The notes: generated by a model from the letters alone, not told the origin. DNA of 64,000 nucleotides from Octopus vulgaris (GCA_951406725.2 OX597822.1:115692001-115756000); one strand, 5' to 3'. Shown: positions 1 through 13,339, counted from the stretch's first letter. Program-made: numbers and translations.

Positions 1-63
1 ATGTGTATGTATGTATGTAAGTATGTATGTATATCTGTCTGTATGCATGTGTGTGTGTGTGTG

Positions 64-94
<31 letters not shown>

Positions 95-130
95 GTGTAT
101 GTATGTATGTAAGTATGTATATATGTATTC
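1..130. repeat. (TATG)n/(TG)n microsatellite
   Basis: Visible tandem tatg/tg repeats. Confidence 0.95.
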
Positions 131-183
131 ATGTATAACTTCCTTTTATAAGAAAAGTAATCGATATATTTTGTAGATCGAGC

Positions 184-395
184 GTTCTTTACCCAAGGCC
201 AGCAATGTCGGTGGCGTGAGTAGGTCGATTACATCGACCCCAGTGATCACGTGGTATTTATTTTATAGACCTCGAAAGGCCCTTTGGCGACAAAATCGAC
301 CTTGGCGGAATTTCACCTCAGAAGATAAAGACGGACGAAATGCCGCTAAGCATTTCGTCCGGCGTGCTAACGATTTTGCCAGTTCACCGCCCTCA
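184..395 (-). mobile_element. tRNA-derived SINE, group C (decayed)
   Basis: Reverse complement matches the repeated unit ggcggcgagctggcagaatcgttagcacgccgggcgaaatgcttagcgg...gtcgatgtaatcgac seen at 7902, 33216, 42275 and 58503. Confidence 0.85.
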
Positions 396-664
396 ACGCA
401 TTTAATAATGGTGTACGCTAGTTTCCCAGCAAGAACGACAGCGATAGAAACTCGTACGACCATTACTAAAGGAAGGAGTTGGAAGCCACACACTTTCCTT
501 TTGTTTTGGTAATTAATTATGACAGCGTCATTCTGCTTGTCTGACATCTTTCTCGATTTTCATGTCTATTTACTCATTTTCATCGCCAAAAAATACAGAG
601 TCAGCATCAACCGAATTATTCATTCACTTTTAATCGGTGTGTCAATTTGTCATTATTGTATAAG

Positions 665-935
665 ATAGTTAGTTAGTTAATTTGGCTCAAAAGCAAATAG
701 CAAGGCCATGTAGGGGGACATGGAGTTAAGTACAGGGTGGTGTTCATGTAAAGAGTTCAGGCCACTTGAGGTCCAGGGAGGCTTTGAACAAAGCGGTCGT
801 CGGCATCTTCACCATTTCGTCTGGCAGCTTGTTCCACGGATCCGCAACCCGGACGGAGAAAGCTCCTCTCCTTCGATTGAGATGAAATCGTCGCAGGTAG
901 AGCTTTTCGGAATGACCCCGCAGCCGATAGTGTGG
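665..935 (-). mobile_element. 5'-truncated 3' end of CR1/L2-like LINE (same family as 35320-37415)
   Basis: Encodes RLRGHSEKLYLRRFHLNRRRGAFSVRVADPWNKLPDE...LDLKWPELF, near-identical to 37165-37338; same 3'UTR and (TAAC)n tail. Confidence 0.9.
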
Positions 936-1697
936 ACAACAGTTTCTCATCAAAACTTTTGTCACCTTTTGACGCTTGATAATTTCCTTTATTTTATCGT
1001 TCACCCATATCCCCCCCACACACACACACACACAAAATGTCGTCTATCCAAGTGTTTTCTGTCAATAAAAATGTCTGATTTGGCTTTACCTGTGTAACTG
1101 ACCAAGATGCAACTAAAAAAGGCATAATTTGCAATCTGATATTGAGTATTGGAAATTTGAGAACATCAGAACAGAGAAAATCTCAAAAACTTAGCATTTG
1201 ACTTTATGTAAATGTATACACTTTCCCAAAGTATAGCTTTAAACTACATCCGTTAGAGGGATCCTGGTTTGGGAATTCTAAAGCTTTTCAAAGTGTGGAA
1301 TCACGTCTTAGCCGTTATTGTTCCCAGGTCTAATCAGGCCCGGTGTGGTAGTACCTACCAGTTATGGGCTAATTAAGATATCACAGAATTGTCTCCAAAA
1401 CAAGTTCTTTACCCAAGGCCAGCAATGTCGGTGGCGGGAGTAGGTCGATTACATCGACCCCTTAATTTCGTTGTCTCTCTTTCTCTCCTTCTCTTTTCTT
1501 TCTCTCCCTCTTTCTCTCTTTCCTCTTTCCTCTCTCTCTCTCTCTGTCTCCGCCATAGCCCTCACCTTCTCTATGCTTACTGTTACTCTTTCCCCATCAT
1601 GAGGAATAGTATGAGTATCATTGAATAATGAGAGGGGGTCTAAGTGTTACACACTGACACACAGAAATAAGTTTTCGCATTTGTTATATTAAATGTG

Positions 1698-1754
<57 letters not shown>

Positions 1755-1773
1755 ATGCATGTATACACACACA

Positions 1774-2668
1774 AGAGGCCTGGGCCTGGTCAATAAATAT
1801 CCGGACTGTTGCTATAGTAACGAAGGTAAATCATGCAGAATGAAGCCACTAGGCACAGATTGACCTTGAACTCTGCTGTGCATGCGCACTAAGTTTTAAC
1901 GTTCTAGGTCATTTCCGTTGTTTATAGCAGTGATTGGAGGGAAGGTGTGTAGTGTGTGATCGTCGCATTGACCATGACAGAGAAAGTTGTTATAGCGATA
2001 CGTGCTCAGAGGCCTACGCATAGTTGCAGAAAGTGTATGGAGTGGAAAGTATGAGCCACACTCAAGTGTACGAATGGTTCAGACGTTTCCAAGGTGGCCA
2101 AAAAAATGCCGATATTGATGAACATCCTGGGAGACCCGCAACCAGCAGAACTGAGAGAAACATCGCAGATGTGCGTGTAGCAGTGAGGGGAAATCATCGA
2201 ATCCGCGAATTATCAGAGGGTGTGCAGATTAGTTACGATTCAGTTCTGCCCATTATCATTGAAGATTTGGGTATAACACGCGTGTTTGCCAAGTTTGTGC
2301 CAAAATTGCTTTCAGCTGACCAAAAAGACATTCGGGTTTCAGTCGCACAAGATCTCCTTGATTGTGTTGGGAATGATGGAAACTTTTTGAAAACTTTGCG
2401 TAAGCTTCTGAGTAGGTATATCAAAGCTTTTGGCAAAATTTGATGCAGATTCTCTGCTCAACTTTCTCTGTCACGGTCAATGCGACGATCATGCGCTACA
2501 CACCTTCATTCCAAGCATTGCTGTAAACAGCGGAAGTGTGATACAACGGTAAAACTTAGTGCGCATGCACAACAGAGTTCAAAGTCAGTTTGTGCTTAGC
2601 GGCTTTACTCTGTGGGGTTTAGCTTCGTTACTATGGCAACAGTCCAGATACTTATTGATCAGACCACA
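1774..2668 (+). mobile_element. Non-autonomous fold-back mariner derivative (two inverted 5' ends, partial transposase N-terminus)
   Basis: TIR ...gatcaataagtatccggactgttgc at both ends; ~250 bp inverted arms; ORF 2024-2443 has mariner HTH motifs (QVYEWFRRF, GRPATSRT, AKFVPKLL) and no DDD domain. Confidence 0.9.
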
Positions 2669-2684
2669 CACACTTATATATGCA

Positions 2685-2737
<53 letters not shown>

Positions 2738-2789
2738 GTGTGTGTGTGTATACATACATATGTATATATACGTATGTGCCTATGTATAT

Positions 2790-3086
2790 TGTTTGTTCTT
2801 GTCATGCTTGACTCATAAGGGTCGGTCTCCCGGTTTCCATGGCGTATAGGTTCCCCACCTGGACGGGATGCCGGTCCGTCGCAGGTGAGCTGCAAGATGC
2901 AGGTGGAAAGAGTAAGAGAAAGTTGTGGCGGAGGAGTCAGCAGAAGTCCGCCATTACCTTCTGCTGGAGCCGCGTAGAGCTTAGGTGTTTCGCTCATAAA
3001 CACACACATCGCCCGGTTTGAGATTCGAACCCACGATCCCTCGACCGCAAGTCCGCTGCACCAACCACTTGGCCATGTGCCTCCAC
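2790..3086 (-). mobile_element. tRNA-derived SINE, group B1 (V-domain-like body)
   Basis: Head gtggaggcacatggccaagtggtt...gggttcgaatctc (A/B boxes); body cctgcgacggaccggcatcccgtccaggtgggg resembles the V-SINE core as recalled; second copy at 7136-7400. Confidence 0.8.
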
Positions 3087-3095
3087 GTGTATGTG

Positions 3096-3232
<137 letters not shown>

Positions 3233-3279
3233 TATACATACATACATACATACATACATACAGAGAGAGAGAGAGAGAA

Positions 3280-3673
3280 GCAGGAGTGGCTGTGTGGTAA
3301 GTAGCTTGCTTACCAATCACATGTTTCCGTGTTCACTCCCACTACGTGGCACCTTGGGCAAGTGTCTTCTACTATAGCCTGGGAGCGACCAAAGACTTGT
3401 GAGTGGATTTGGTAGACGGAAACTGAAAGAAGCCCGTCGTATGTGTGTGTGCGTGTGTGTGCGTGTGTGTGTGTGTGTGTTTCTCTCCCCCAAATCGCTT
3501 GACAGCCGATGCTGATGTGTTTACGTCCACGTAACCTAGCGGTTCCGCAAAAGACCGATAGAATAAGTACTAGGCTAGAATAAGTACAAAGAATAAGTCC
3601 TGGGGTCGATTCGTTTGATGGTGCTCCAGCACGGCCGCAGTCAAATGACTGAAACAAGTAAAAGAATAAAAGA
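3280..3673 (+). mobile_element. tRNA/CORE-like SINE, group A, with internal (GT)n
   Basis: Head ggagtggctgtgtggtaag...accttgggcaagtgtcttctactatagcc; tail ggccgcagtcaaatgactgaaacaagtaaaag; about 8 further copies in the window. Confidence 0.85.
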
Positions 3674-4365
3674 ATATACATATATTATATTACATTATAT
3701 TATATATTGTTATGTATTATATATTATATGTATGTGTGCATGCATGTATGCATGTGTGCATACATGTATGTATGTACCTACGTACGCATGCATGTATGTA
3801 TCGTGTAAATGCTTGCTGTCAGGGATCTCGGACAGTGACTGTCAACATGAAATATCAAAATATCATTCACTGGGTGTCATATGACCTGTGAAGTCTTGTT
3901 GCAAATATCGAAACACTTATGAATCTCATTACATAGGCCTTGTTCTCCAAAAGTTGTGTTATCACCACCCAGCAGGATAGCCACTTACAAATAATTGTCG
4001 AACTTTCCCTTTTTGAACTATGCGACTTCACAGTTAGACTCAGTAAGACAGAAGCCGTTCTTGTTTTGTTTTTGGGTTGTTTTTTTTATCGAAATGCTCC
4101 GCCACAACCATGTAGCACTGTAGATGATACAAGATAGCAGTGATAGCAAAAATGTTGACAATTTTACTTACAATGCTAAAAGCAGCATCCCGTGCGATAG
4201 TTCAGTTGATAAGACTTCGGCTACAACAGAGTAATAACTAGATACTTGAAGCATCACCTAGTAAAGATTTGCAGTACAAGAAAAATACGTCTCTGCATCA
4301 GACTAAACGAAGAGCTTCGCAAGAATTTAAAATGCTTTTTCGTTTATACATACATACATACATAC

Positions 4366-4434
<69 letters not shown>

Positions 4435-4439
<5 letters not shown>

Positions 4440-4667
4440 GAGAAATAACCTCTATTAAGTAATTCAATAGTGAAAGATATTACAAAAAAATTTAAATATA
4501 CTATAATAGATATTTTTTTAAATCACTAAATTAAATAAGCATTAAATTGACTACGCGCGTTTCGTGACTATATCTTTAAATCGATAATAATAAAATCGAT
4601 ACTATTAGAATTAATTCGATATAAATTTGATTTAATTCGATTTAATTCGATTTAATAATTATATTAC

Positions 4668-4668
<1 letters not shown>
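4435..4668 (-). mobile_element. (TA)n-flanked AT-rich module with hammerhead-like 3' half (probable PLE pLTR relic)
   Basis: Minus strand reads cgaaac-gcgc-gta-g at ~4551-4564; no CUGANGA found upstream. Confidence 0.4.
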
Positions 4669-4720
<52 letters not shown>

Positions 4721-4971
4721 TACAACAGTATCACTGCCAAGCAGCGTTTAAGCATGGGTAAATTTTGGGTTAGTTAAAATATGTTTGTGACTTATTTCAA
4801 CTTCTAAAGACAAATTCATTGCAGTTACCATGGAGAAAAAATTCTCCCTTATGGTAAAAGGGTGTGAAAGCACCATATTTGTCCAGTGTTGTCCCCTGTC
4901 AGATTACCATAGGAGTTTCTAGCTCTTTAGCTGTTATCAGTGGGAAATTTCAAAGAGAGGTAACTCTAGAC

Positions 4972-5877
4972 CAGTGTTTCCCAACGTGGGTCGTGGGAAA
5001 ATTAGGGTCGGGCATGCGTTAGTGTGGGCTGTGAGCATTTTTGCAAGTAACTTGAATGCACACTTGTCAACCCTAAGCCTATATTTGGACATTGAAATGA
5101 AAAAAAAACATCGCCGTTAATCTTTTTTACTTATTTATTAGTTTTTCTTTTTGTCAATCTCCTCACTCCATCTCTTTTCGATCAACAGTTTATCTATAAT
5201 ACATCTACATGTGGAAGCACTCCGTCGGTTACGACGATGAGGGTTCCGGCTGATCCGATCAACGGAACAGCTTGCTCGTGAAATTAACGTGTAAGTGGCT
5301 GAGCACTCCACAGACACGTGTACCCTTAACGTAGTTCTCGGGGATATTCAGCGTGACACAGAGAGTGACAAGGCCGGCCCTTTGAAATACAGGTACAACA
5401 TAAACAGGAAGAAGGAGTGAGAGAAAGTTGTGGTGAAAGAGTACAGCAGGGATCACCACCATCCCTGCCGGAGCCTCGTGGAGCTTTAGGTGTTTTCGCT
5501 CAATAAACACTCACAACGCCCGGTCTGGGAATCGAAACCGCGATCCTACGACCGCGAGTCCGCTGCCCTAACCACTGGGCCATTGCGCCTCCACTCATCT
5601 ACATGTAAATATCAACTAGCTGTTTCAACATCCTATCGCAATGCAGCAGATGTACTGGAAGGAAACCAAACTGCTTGAACTAGAAATGAACGTAAATTTT
5701 TTCTCTATGATTTGGCTGATAACTGAGGTCTGAAGGTTGGGTCTTAATTTGAAGTGTTTGTTCTGGATGAGACATAACTTCTTTCAGCATTAAGGAGAGT
5801 GTGAGATAGCAGCATTTAAGGAAAATGACGCACTCACTAGTCATGTGCATGTCCCCTCCGATATATGGGAAACAGTG
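4972..5877. mobile_element. Possible decayed hAT (Charlie-like) non-autonomous element, interrupted by a SINE
   Basis: Left end cagtgtttcccaa preceded by ctctagac (NTCTAGAN target); possible right end tgggaaacagtg at 5866-5877, but no matching TSD; internal part repeated at 21763-21985. Confidence 0.4.
5213..5595 (-). mobile_element. tRNA-derived SINE, group B2 (B1 head, different tail), with 11-bp TSD
   Basis: Head gtggaggcgcaatggcccagtggttagggcagcggactcgcggtcg...ggtttcgattcc; TSD catctacatgt at 5202-5212 and 5596-5606. Confidence 0.9.
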
Positions 5878-6405
5878 AATATTACATTCACTGACATAGC
5901 GGAGAGCCGCCAAGCTGAATAAAATCACAGACTAGGCATTTGAAACAATATTAAATTGAAATAGCCATCTGTGTATCACACTTAACGTATATACATCGTT
6001 GACAAGTACGATGCTGGTAGTGTTGTCCTCAATACGTGTGAATGTAATAGTTACTGTTTTTTATATATATATAAGGGGAATATAAAGGGACAGATTTTTT
6101 TCTAGATATATGACTAGCAAGGAAATCTTATTGGTAAGGCCTCAAGTAAACCGAAACGCGTCTGACGTTCATATATATATTTGTGTATGTGTGTGTGTGC
6201 GTATAATATTAGGGAATATTATTCCAAACTTACATATTATACATACATATATATATACACATATATGTATGTATGTATGTGTGTATATACATCCTGTGTT
6301 CTTAACACAGTATGTCTTTGAAGAGATTTCCTTTCGGCCAAAAACTACAGCATCATACCTGTTTACACACACACACACACACATATATATATGTATATGT
6401 ATATG

Positions 6406-6444
<39 letters not shown>

Positions 6445-7135
6445 GTGGGGGAGGGTTGGGTTTGTAAAACGTGAGAAAGAATACTAATGTATTTATAGTT
6501 TAGGTTTTCTCACAACAAACTGAGCTGCTCTTAGCCTATATTTAAACTTAAAGAGGATTGTTATTGATTTGGAATCAGAACCATTGCTTCAAGAATGTCT
6601 GTATCATATCAAGCATGGTTTTAGCTTGAATATATCAGTAATTCTGTCATTTCCAGCGTCACCGAAGAGAAAGCTGCAGAGTGTGACAACACTGGGTTCT
6701 AATCCTGAATGGGAAGACCCCCAAAAGGCTAATGACTATTAAGTGATGAAGGTGCATTGTAGCGTGAATTATGTATTGGTCTCAGGAACAAAAGTTGGGT
6801 GATTCCATTCCTGGACAGGGTGGTATTTTGCAAGGTGCATTAATTCACGTTGTCCCGCTGCACTTAACTGAAAATGAGTAACAGCTTTATTCAGGGGCAG
6901 CCACCTTTCTCTCCAGCTGTCACATCCTTGATGTTCTGCAGGGTCAAAGAGTTGAAGGGCTGAGAGAGCATCTGTCTTCTCACGACTACACAAGCACCTA
7001 AAACAATTAAAGAAAACACGGTACAAGTTATAAGGTCTTACTTAAGAGTGAAGGCTATAGTGAGTAATGTTTGAAAATTACTAATTGTTCTTCTTAAATT
7101 TAAAACATACCAGTTTAGAACAAGTTAAAGATATG

Positions 7136-7400
7136 TCGAGGGATCGCGGGTTCGAATCTCAGGCCCGAGTGATGTGCGTGTTTATGAGCGAAGCACCTAA
7201 GCTCCAGGCGGCTCCATCAGGGGACAATGGCGAACTTCTGCTGACTCTTTCACCACAACTTTCTCTTGCTTTTTCGTCCTGCATCTAGCAGCTCACCTGT
7301 GACGGACCGGCGTCCCGTCCCGGTGGGAAACCTATACGCCAAGGAAACCGGGAAACCGGCCCTTATGAGCTAGGCATGGCTCGAGAAAGAACAAACAACA
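7136..7400 (+). mobile_element. SINE group B1, 5'-truncated
   Basis: Aligns with the reverse complement of 2790-3050. Confidence 0.85.
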
Positions 7401-7424
7401 TAATTTGCTCTCGAGTAAGTTGAA

Positions 7425-7680
7425 GTGTATGAAGGCGCAAGTCCAAGCGGTTTGAGTGTTGCACTGACGATCGTGACATAATGGTTTCAATTCCTAGACA
7501 GGGTGGGGAGTTGTTCTTGAGCAAAACACTTCATCTCACATATGCTCAGCTATTCTTTCGACACATATGGTACACCTTACACCTTTTCAGGCAACGTCGG
7601 TTTAATGGAGGGACTGAGCTAGTGCATGACACATACATGGGATCACTACAAACAATTCATTTTTGCAGGTAGTTCAGCAA
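7425..7680 (+). mobile_element. Old tRNA/CORE-like SINE (decayed)
   Basis: Degenerate head with ggtttcaattcc B-box and ttgagcaaaacacttcatctc CORE-like motif. Confidence 0.55.
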
Positions 7681-7867
7681 AAAATAGCTTAGAGGAAAAG
7701 AAGCTGAAGGGACCTAATCGTTCAGCATCTTCGAACAATCGACGGTCCCTTGATTTTCTTGATTTTTCTGCCAGCTCTGTTGTTCGTCACTTTACAACAC
7801 TTTGCATATATATAGGCATCACTGTGCAAGCACAGGCATGGCTCAGCAGGTGCAGGTGTGACTGTGC

Positions 7868-8461
7868 AGGCGCAGGCGTGGCTGTATGGTTAGAAGCTTG
7901 CTAAGGCGGCGAGCTAGCAGAATCGTTAGCACGTCGGGCGAAATGTTTAGCGGTATTTTGTCTGCCGCTACGCTCTGAGTTCAAATTCCGCCGAGGTTGA
8001 CTTTGCCTTTCATCCTTTCGGGGTCGATTAAATAAGTACCAGTTACGCACTGGGGTCGATATAATTGACTTAATACCTATGTCTGTCCATGTTTGTCCCC
8101 TCTATGTTCAGCCCCTTGTGGGTAATAAAGAAATAGGTATTTTGTCTGCCGCTACGCTCTGAGTTCAAATTCCGCCGAGGTTGACTTTGCCTTTCATCCT
8201 TTCGGGGTCGATTAAATAAGTACCAGTTACGCACTGGGGTCGATATAATCGACTTAATCCGTTGTCTGTCCTTGCTTGTCCCCTCTGTGTGTAGCCCCTT
8301 GTGGGCAGTAAAGAAATAAGAAGCTTGCGTACCAGCCACATGGTTCCGGATTCAGCCCCACTGCGTGGCACCTTGGGCTAGTGTCTTCTATTATAGCCTC
8401 GGGCCGACCAAAGCCTTGTGGAAATGAAAGAAGGCCGTCGTATACACACCCACACACGCAC

Positions 8462-8526
<65 letters not shown>

Positions 8527-8773
8527 TATATATGTTATATATATACCTATGCATGTATATATGTATGCGTGCCTTTGTGTCTGTTTTTGTGCCCCCACCA
8601 CCGCTTGACAACCGGTGTTGGTGTGCTTACGCCCCCGTAGCTTAGCGGTCCGGCAAAAGACACCGATAGAATAAGTACTAGGCTCTACTCTTCTGGAATC
8701 GATTCGTTCGACTAAAATTCTTCAAGGTGGTACCCCAGCATGGCCGCAGTCAAATGACTGAAACAAGTAAAAT
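7868..8773 (+). mobile_element. SINE group A interrupted in its head by a group C dimer
   Basis: Head 7868-7901 resumes at 8329; tail ends ~8773. Confidence 0.85.
7902..8318 (+). mobile_element. Dimeric SINE group C with 10-bp TSD
   Basis: Body ggtattttgtctgccgctacgctctgagttcaaattcc...ccccttgtggg repeated twice; TSD agaagcttgc at 7892-7901 and 8319-8328. Confidence 0.9.
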
Positions 8774-9021
8774 ACGATTGATTTTATATATATATATATA
8801 TATATATAATATTATTGGTGAATTGAAGAAATGGAGCTGAACGAAGATTGAACAGAAATCGTTTTATTTCATTAAAATTCAATTATCCGCACCAACGCAC
8901 GGTTGCAACACCATATGGTCGTACCTCCAACCGTGCTGTCTTCTGCTGTGATTTTTGCTACCAAGGTATCGGTTAAACTTTTGATTAATCTGCTACAAGA
9001 TTATTCATCTTTCTATTTCAC

Positions 9022-9754
<733 letters not shown>

Positions 9755-9779
9755 CCAAGACGCATCATCATACTAGGAC

Positions 9780-10032
9780 ACATAAGAACAGAAAAAGATC
9801 CTCTAATATTTAAACAGTTTCTGGACGAATGTCTCCAACAAATTCCGGATAAACCACCTGCTCCCTGATATATCTCGGCAAACGATGACTCTCCACTCGA
9901 ATAGGCTGTAGTGCCCGGAGAATGACTAATATGAAACATCTATAAATGTCTTTCCCAGATGGTGCTGTTGAGTTAGACATGGGCTGAGTCAATCCTGACT
10001 GAAACTTATCTAAGAATCTAAGTATTTAAGTA
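9780..10032 (+). mobile_element. 3' end of a second CR1/L2-like LINE family
   Basis: HIRTEKDPLIFKQFLDECLQQIPDKPPAP*Y resembles the CR1-group ORF2 C-terminus (FK..LD..L..IPD.P); short tandem tail (ctaagtat-like). Confidence 0.65.
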
Positions 10033-10079
10033 TTTTGTAATGTTTACGGATTGTCTGTTTTGTCATTTTGAAAAAAAAA

Positions 10080-10680
10080 ATTTGTGTGCATGAATGCTTG
10101 TTTGTATATATGTGTGTGTAAGTCTTTGTATTTGATGTATGTACAAGTGTGTGCATGTGTGTGTGCAGGCGATATCACGTGTTTGTCTTTATGCATGTGT
10201 TAGTGAGTGCGTCTCTCAGTATGTGTGTGTGTGTGTGTGTGCATGGTTCTATGTGTGTGCGCGGAAGAGCATGCACTTATTTTCATGTGTGTGACAGTGC
10301 GGATGTAATTGTGTGCACGTGTGTGAGTATATGTGTGTGTGTGCGAGTATGTTTGTGTATGCGTGTGTTTTCTTGCAACAGCAGGCGTTTATGCTCATGT
10401 ATGTGTGTGCGTCTGTGTGCGCGTGTTTGTGTGTGTGTGAATGTGCATGATCGCAGGTGTGTGCACAGGAGAGCACGCATTTATGTTCATGTGTGTGTCA
10501 GTGTGTGTGTAACTGCGTGCGTGGGTATGGGCATATGTTTATGTGTATATATGCATGTGTGCTTGCAACCACATGTGTCTATGTTTATGTGTGTGGTAAA
10601 ACTGTGTGTGTTTGAGAGTGTGTGTATATGCGTGTGTCGAAATGTGTGTGTGTGTGTGTGAGCGTTTGTGTGTGGTTTAG
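10080..10680. repeat. Degenerate (TG)n-derived low-complexity tract
   Basis: Decayed GT/GC/AT dinucleotide repeats. Confidence 0.9.
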
Positions 10681-11227
10681 TTCTGTTCCGTAATCTATTA
10701 TACGTTCTTTTCTGAGTGAGATGTCCTTATGGTTCAAACTCAACTTTTAACCTCAAAATCCAATTGTACATTGAAACATTGCTCCCCAAATTTAGGATGA
10801 CGAATTTCTAAGTACTGGATGGAATTGTGCGTCGAACTAAAATATTTAGATCTAAGTTAAAGAGCACTACACCAATATATTTGTTTTCGTTGTTGATGTT
10901 GAAGAATGATTTTTAAGAGATCTTTAAACACAAGTACCCACTTCAGACGCAAGAATCCTGTTTAATTTCTCTCCTTGTTTTGTGATACAGATTCCGTTCA
11001 TTACACATATACACACGCACGCACCACAAACACATACATACACGCGTGCGCACACACACACACACACACACTAACACAAACACACACATATATATAAATA
11101 CATAAATTAAGCGAATAAGAGGAGACAATACATGATTACTTCATTTGTTCACAGCTGTCCCTTGATCTGTGTCTGGTTACACCAACTACACTACATCATT
11201 CAACATATATATATGTATATATATATT

Positions 11228-11366
11228 AGCTTGTTTACCAGCCACATGGTTCCGGGTTCAGTCCCACTGCGTGGCATCTTGGGCAAGTGTCTTCTACTAT
11301 AGCCTCGGGCCGACCAAAACCTTGTGAGTGGATTTGGTAGACGGAAACTGAAAGAAGCCCGTCGTA

Positions 11367-11399
<33 letters not shown>

Positions 11400-11609
11400 G
11401 CGTGTGTCTGTGTTTGTCCCCCTAGCATTGCTTGACAACCGATGCTGGTGTGTTTATGTCCCCGTTACTTAGCGGTTCGGCAAAAGAGACCGATAGAATA
11501 AGTACTGGGCTTACAAAAGAATAAGTCTCAGGGTCGAATTGCTCGATTAAACGGCGGTGCTCCAGCATGGCCGCAGTCAAATGACTGAAACAAGTAAAAG
11601 AGTAAAAAG

Positions 11610-11664
<55 letters not shown>

Positions 11665-11691
11665 TGGCTGTGTGGTAAGTAGCTTGCTTAC
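11228..11691 (+). mobile_element. SINE group A, apparently circularly permuted
   Basis: Starts at tagcttgtttacc (lacks first ~20 nt); missing gagtggctgtgtggtaagtagcttgcttac appears after the tail at 11662-11691. Confidence 0.8.
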
Positions 11692-11789
11692 GAACGTGTG
11701 CGCGCGTGTGTGTTCTCTTCTTTTTAATTTAGGCTAAACCTTGATCGGGCGCCTGCTTGGATTCAAGGTTGTGAAAGAAAGCATCTCGT

Positions 11790-12560
11790 TCTATTCATTA
11801 TCCTTTAAATCTTAAGAAGGTCTTACTGCTTTGTATCGTCCCACACATCGTTATCATTTGTAGTGTATGAATTTAGGATTTGCGTTCTCTCCCCAAGAAC
11901 CCAAGTTTAGCCATACTTTGATCCAAACTCATTCATATCTATCCTGTTGCTCCAATAATAATAATAGGTTTGAAGCTGAAAAGGAATCTTGGATTTTGCA
12001 AACTCGTTACTAATGGTCCATAGATGTCCTCTTTCTCTTGTTTTTTCTATCTACATTGGTGTCCAGAGGGCGGAGGATTTCCACAGCAGAACATATCTTT
12101 TCATTGTGGTCCCATACAAAAAATCTGACCATTTGTGTTATAACATGGTGGCTGTTTTAATTTATAAGTGCAACCAATATTCTTTTAACACACCGGCCTC
12201 AATATGATCAACTTCGTCTGTAGGTGCTTTCTCTTTTGTTATCCCGATCCAGACTGTTCTGACCACCACATCATGCCTCATGAGAAGATGATGGCTGGAA
12301 AACATTCTCTCACAGTTGGCAATAATGTAGTTGGTGTCTTCCGTCTTGATCTTGCACAGCCTACATTTGTTGTGAGTCGATGTTTTCTGCCTTTTATGCT
12401 GTAGGTACTTGGTGAAGGATTTTTACTTGCATAGAGGTAGCCTTCGAAGTGGGATGCCATAAACCTGTCGGTTCTTCATGCCAAACTTTTGACATGATTA
12501 GTTTCTTTTATGATTTGCATTTTTCGTGCCAAGGACCGATGTACTATCTTTTCAGCGAAT
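11790..12560 (-). pseudogene. Decayed RLE-type non-LTR retrotransposon (R4/Dong-related) 3' region
   Basis: Minus strand SHFEGYL..., NKCRLCKIKTEDTNYIIANC (CCHC knuckle), RHDVV, frameshifted RLE region and LGF..R motif. Confidence 0.8.
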
Positions 12561-13339
12561 TGATCAATTAAAAAAAAAATTTGTCCCGATAAACAGATTT
12601 CACCAACTCTCCTTGGGGAGAGATCTGTATCAGCTTTTATTTCATGCCACTCCTCAAGTTCATTAGCTAACCCAGTTATGATGTCGACTTCATCATGGTC
12701 ACAGATTTGGAGAGTACAGTGACTGGTCTCTTTCCTTTATTGCAGATGTTGTTTATGAGTCACAATACGCGGCTTTATATGACGTCAATACAGATTTGAG
12801 ATCACGGCCACCATCACTGCGTCGGAAGTATAGCCAGTCTATATCTCCACTGACGCTGAAGCTTCCTGTAATATTGAGCAGCTTGCGAGTTCAAACATCT
12901 GTCTCATTGAGATATTATAGTGACCAGTTCAGAGGACGAAATAGAGGCGTGAGAACAGACATTGCAATGGTGTTGTGAGCAATAAGTTTGTTTCAGTTCC
13001 GATGATTATATTCTCTTTACCCTCCTGGGGTAGTAATTCCTGGTCCTCTCCTTATTTATGCGTTCATCACACCTGACAATCTCACCTTGTCCGATATACT
13101 TATAATTGTCACCTGACTGTAGAGCCGTTCAGTTTTAGGTTTTCAAAGAATGACACAACTTTTTAAGGTTTTATTTTCAAAAATACGCATTTGGACTCAC
13201 CAAATTTCATCCCAATGTCAGTAGAAAATTGGCTAATGAGGTCCAATTGTTTTTTTTTTTTATGTATATTCTCCTCTTCCTCTTTTTAGAGTAAATTTTG
13301 ATCGACCACTGACTTGTAACAGAACGAATTTTGCTTTAA

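Noticed and set aside
3987-4117. Minus-strand exon-like segment (tacag...|gtaagt)
   Set aside because: Stops in all three frames; cannot be supported as coding.
5520-5595. Possible tRNA gene (also 3010-3086 and other SINE heads)
   Set aside because: Continuous with multi-copy SINE bodies and bounded by a TSD.
6110-6365. Two further hammerhead-like remnants (ccgaaacgcgtc; ttgaagag...aaaactacagca)
   Set aside because: Too degenerate to support individually.
8885-8950. Hammerhead-like reading of the (TA)n-flanked module
   Set aside because: Core has several mismatches and is explained equally well by a 9-bp hairpin (gcacggttg/caaccgtgc); kept only as a possible relic.
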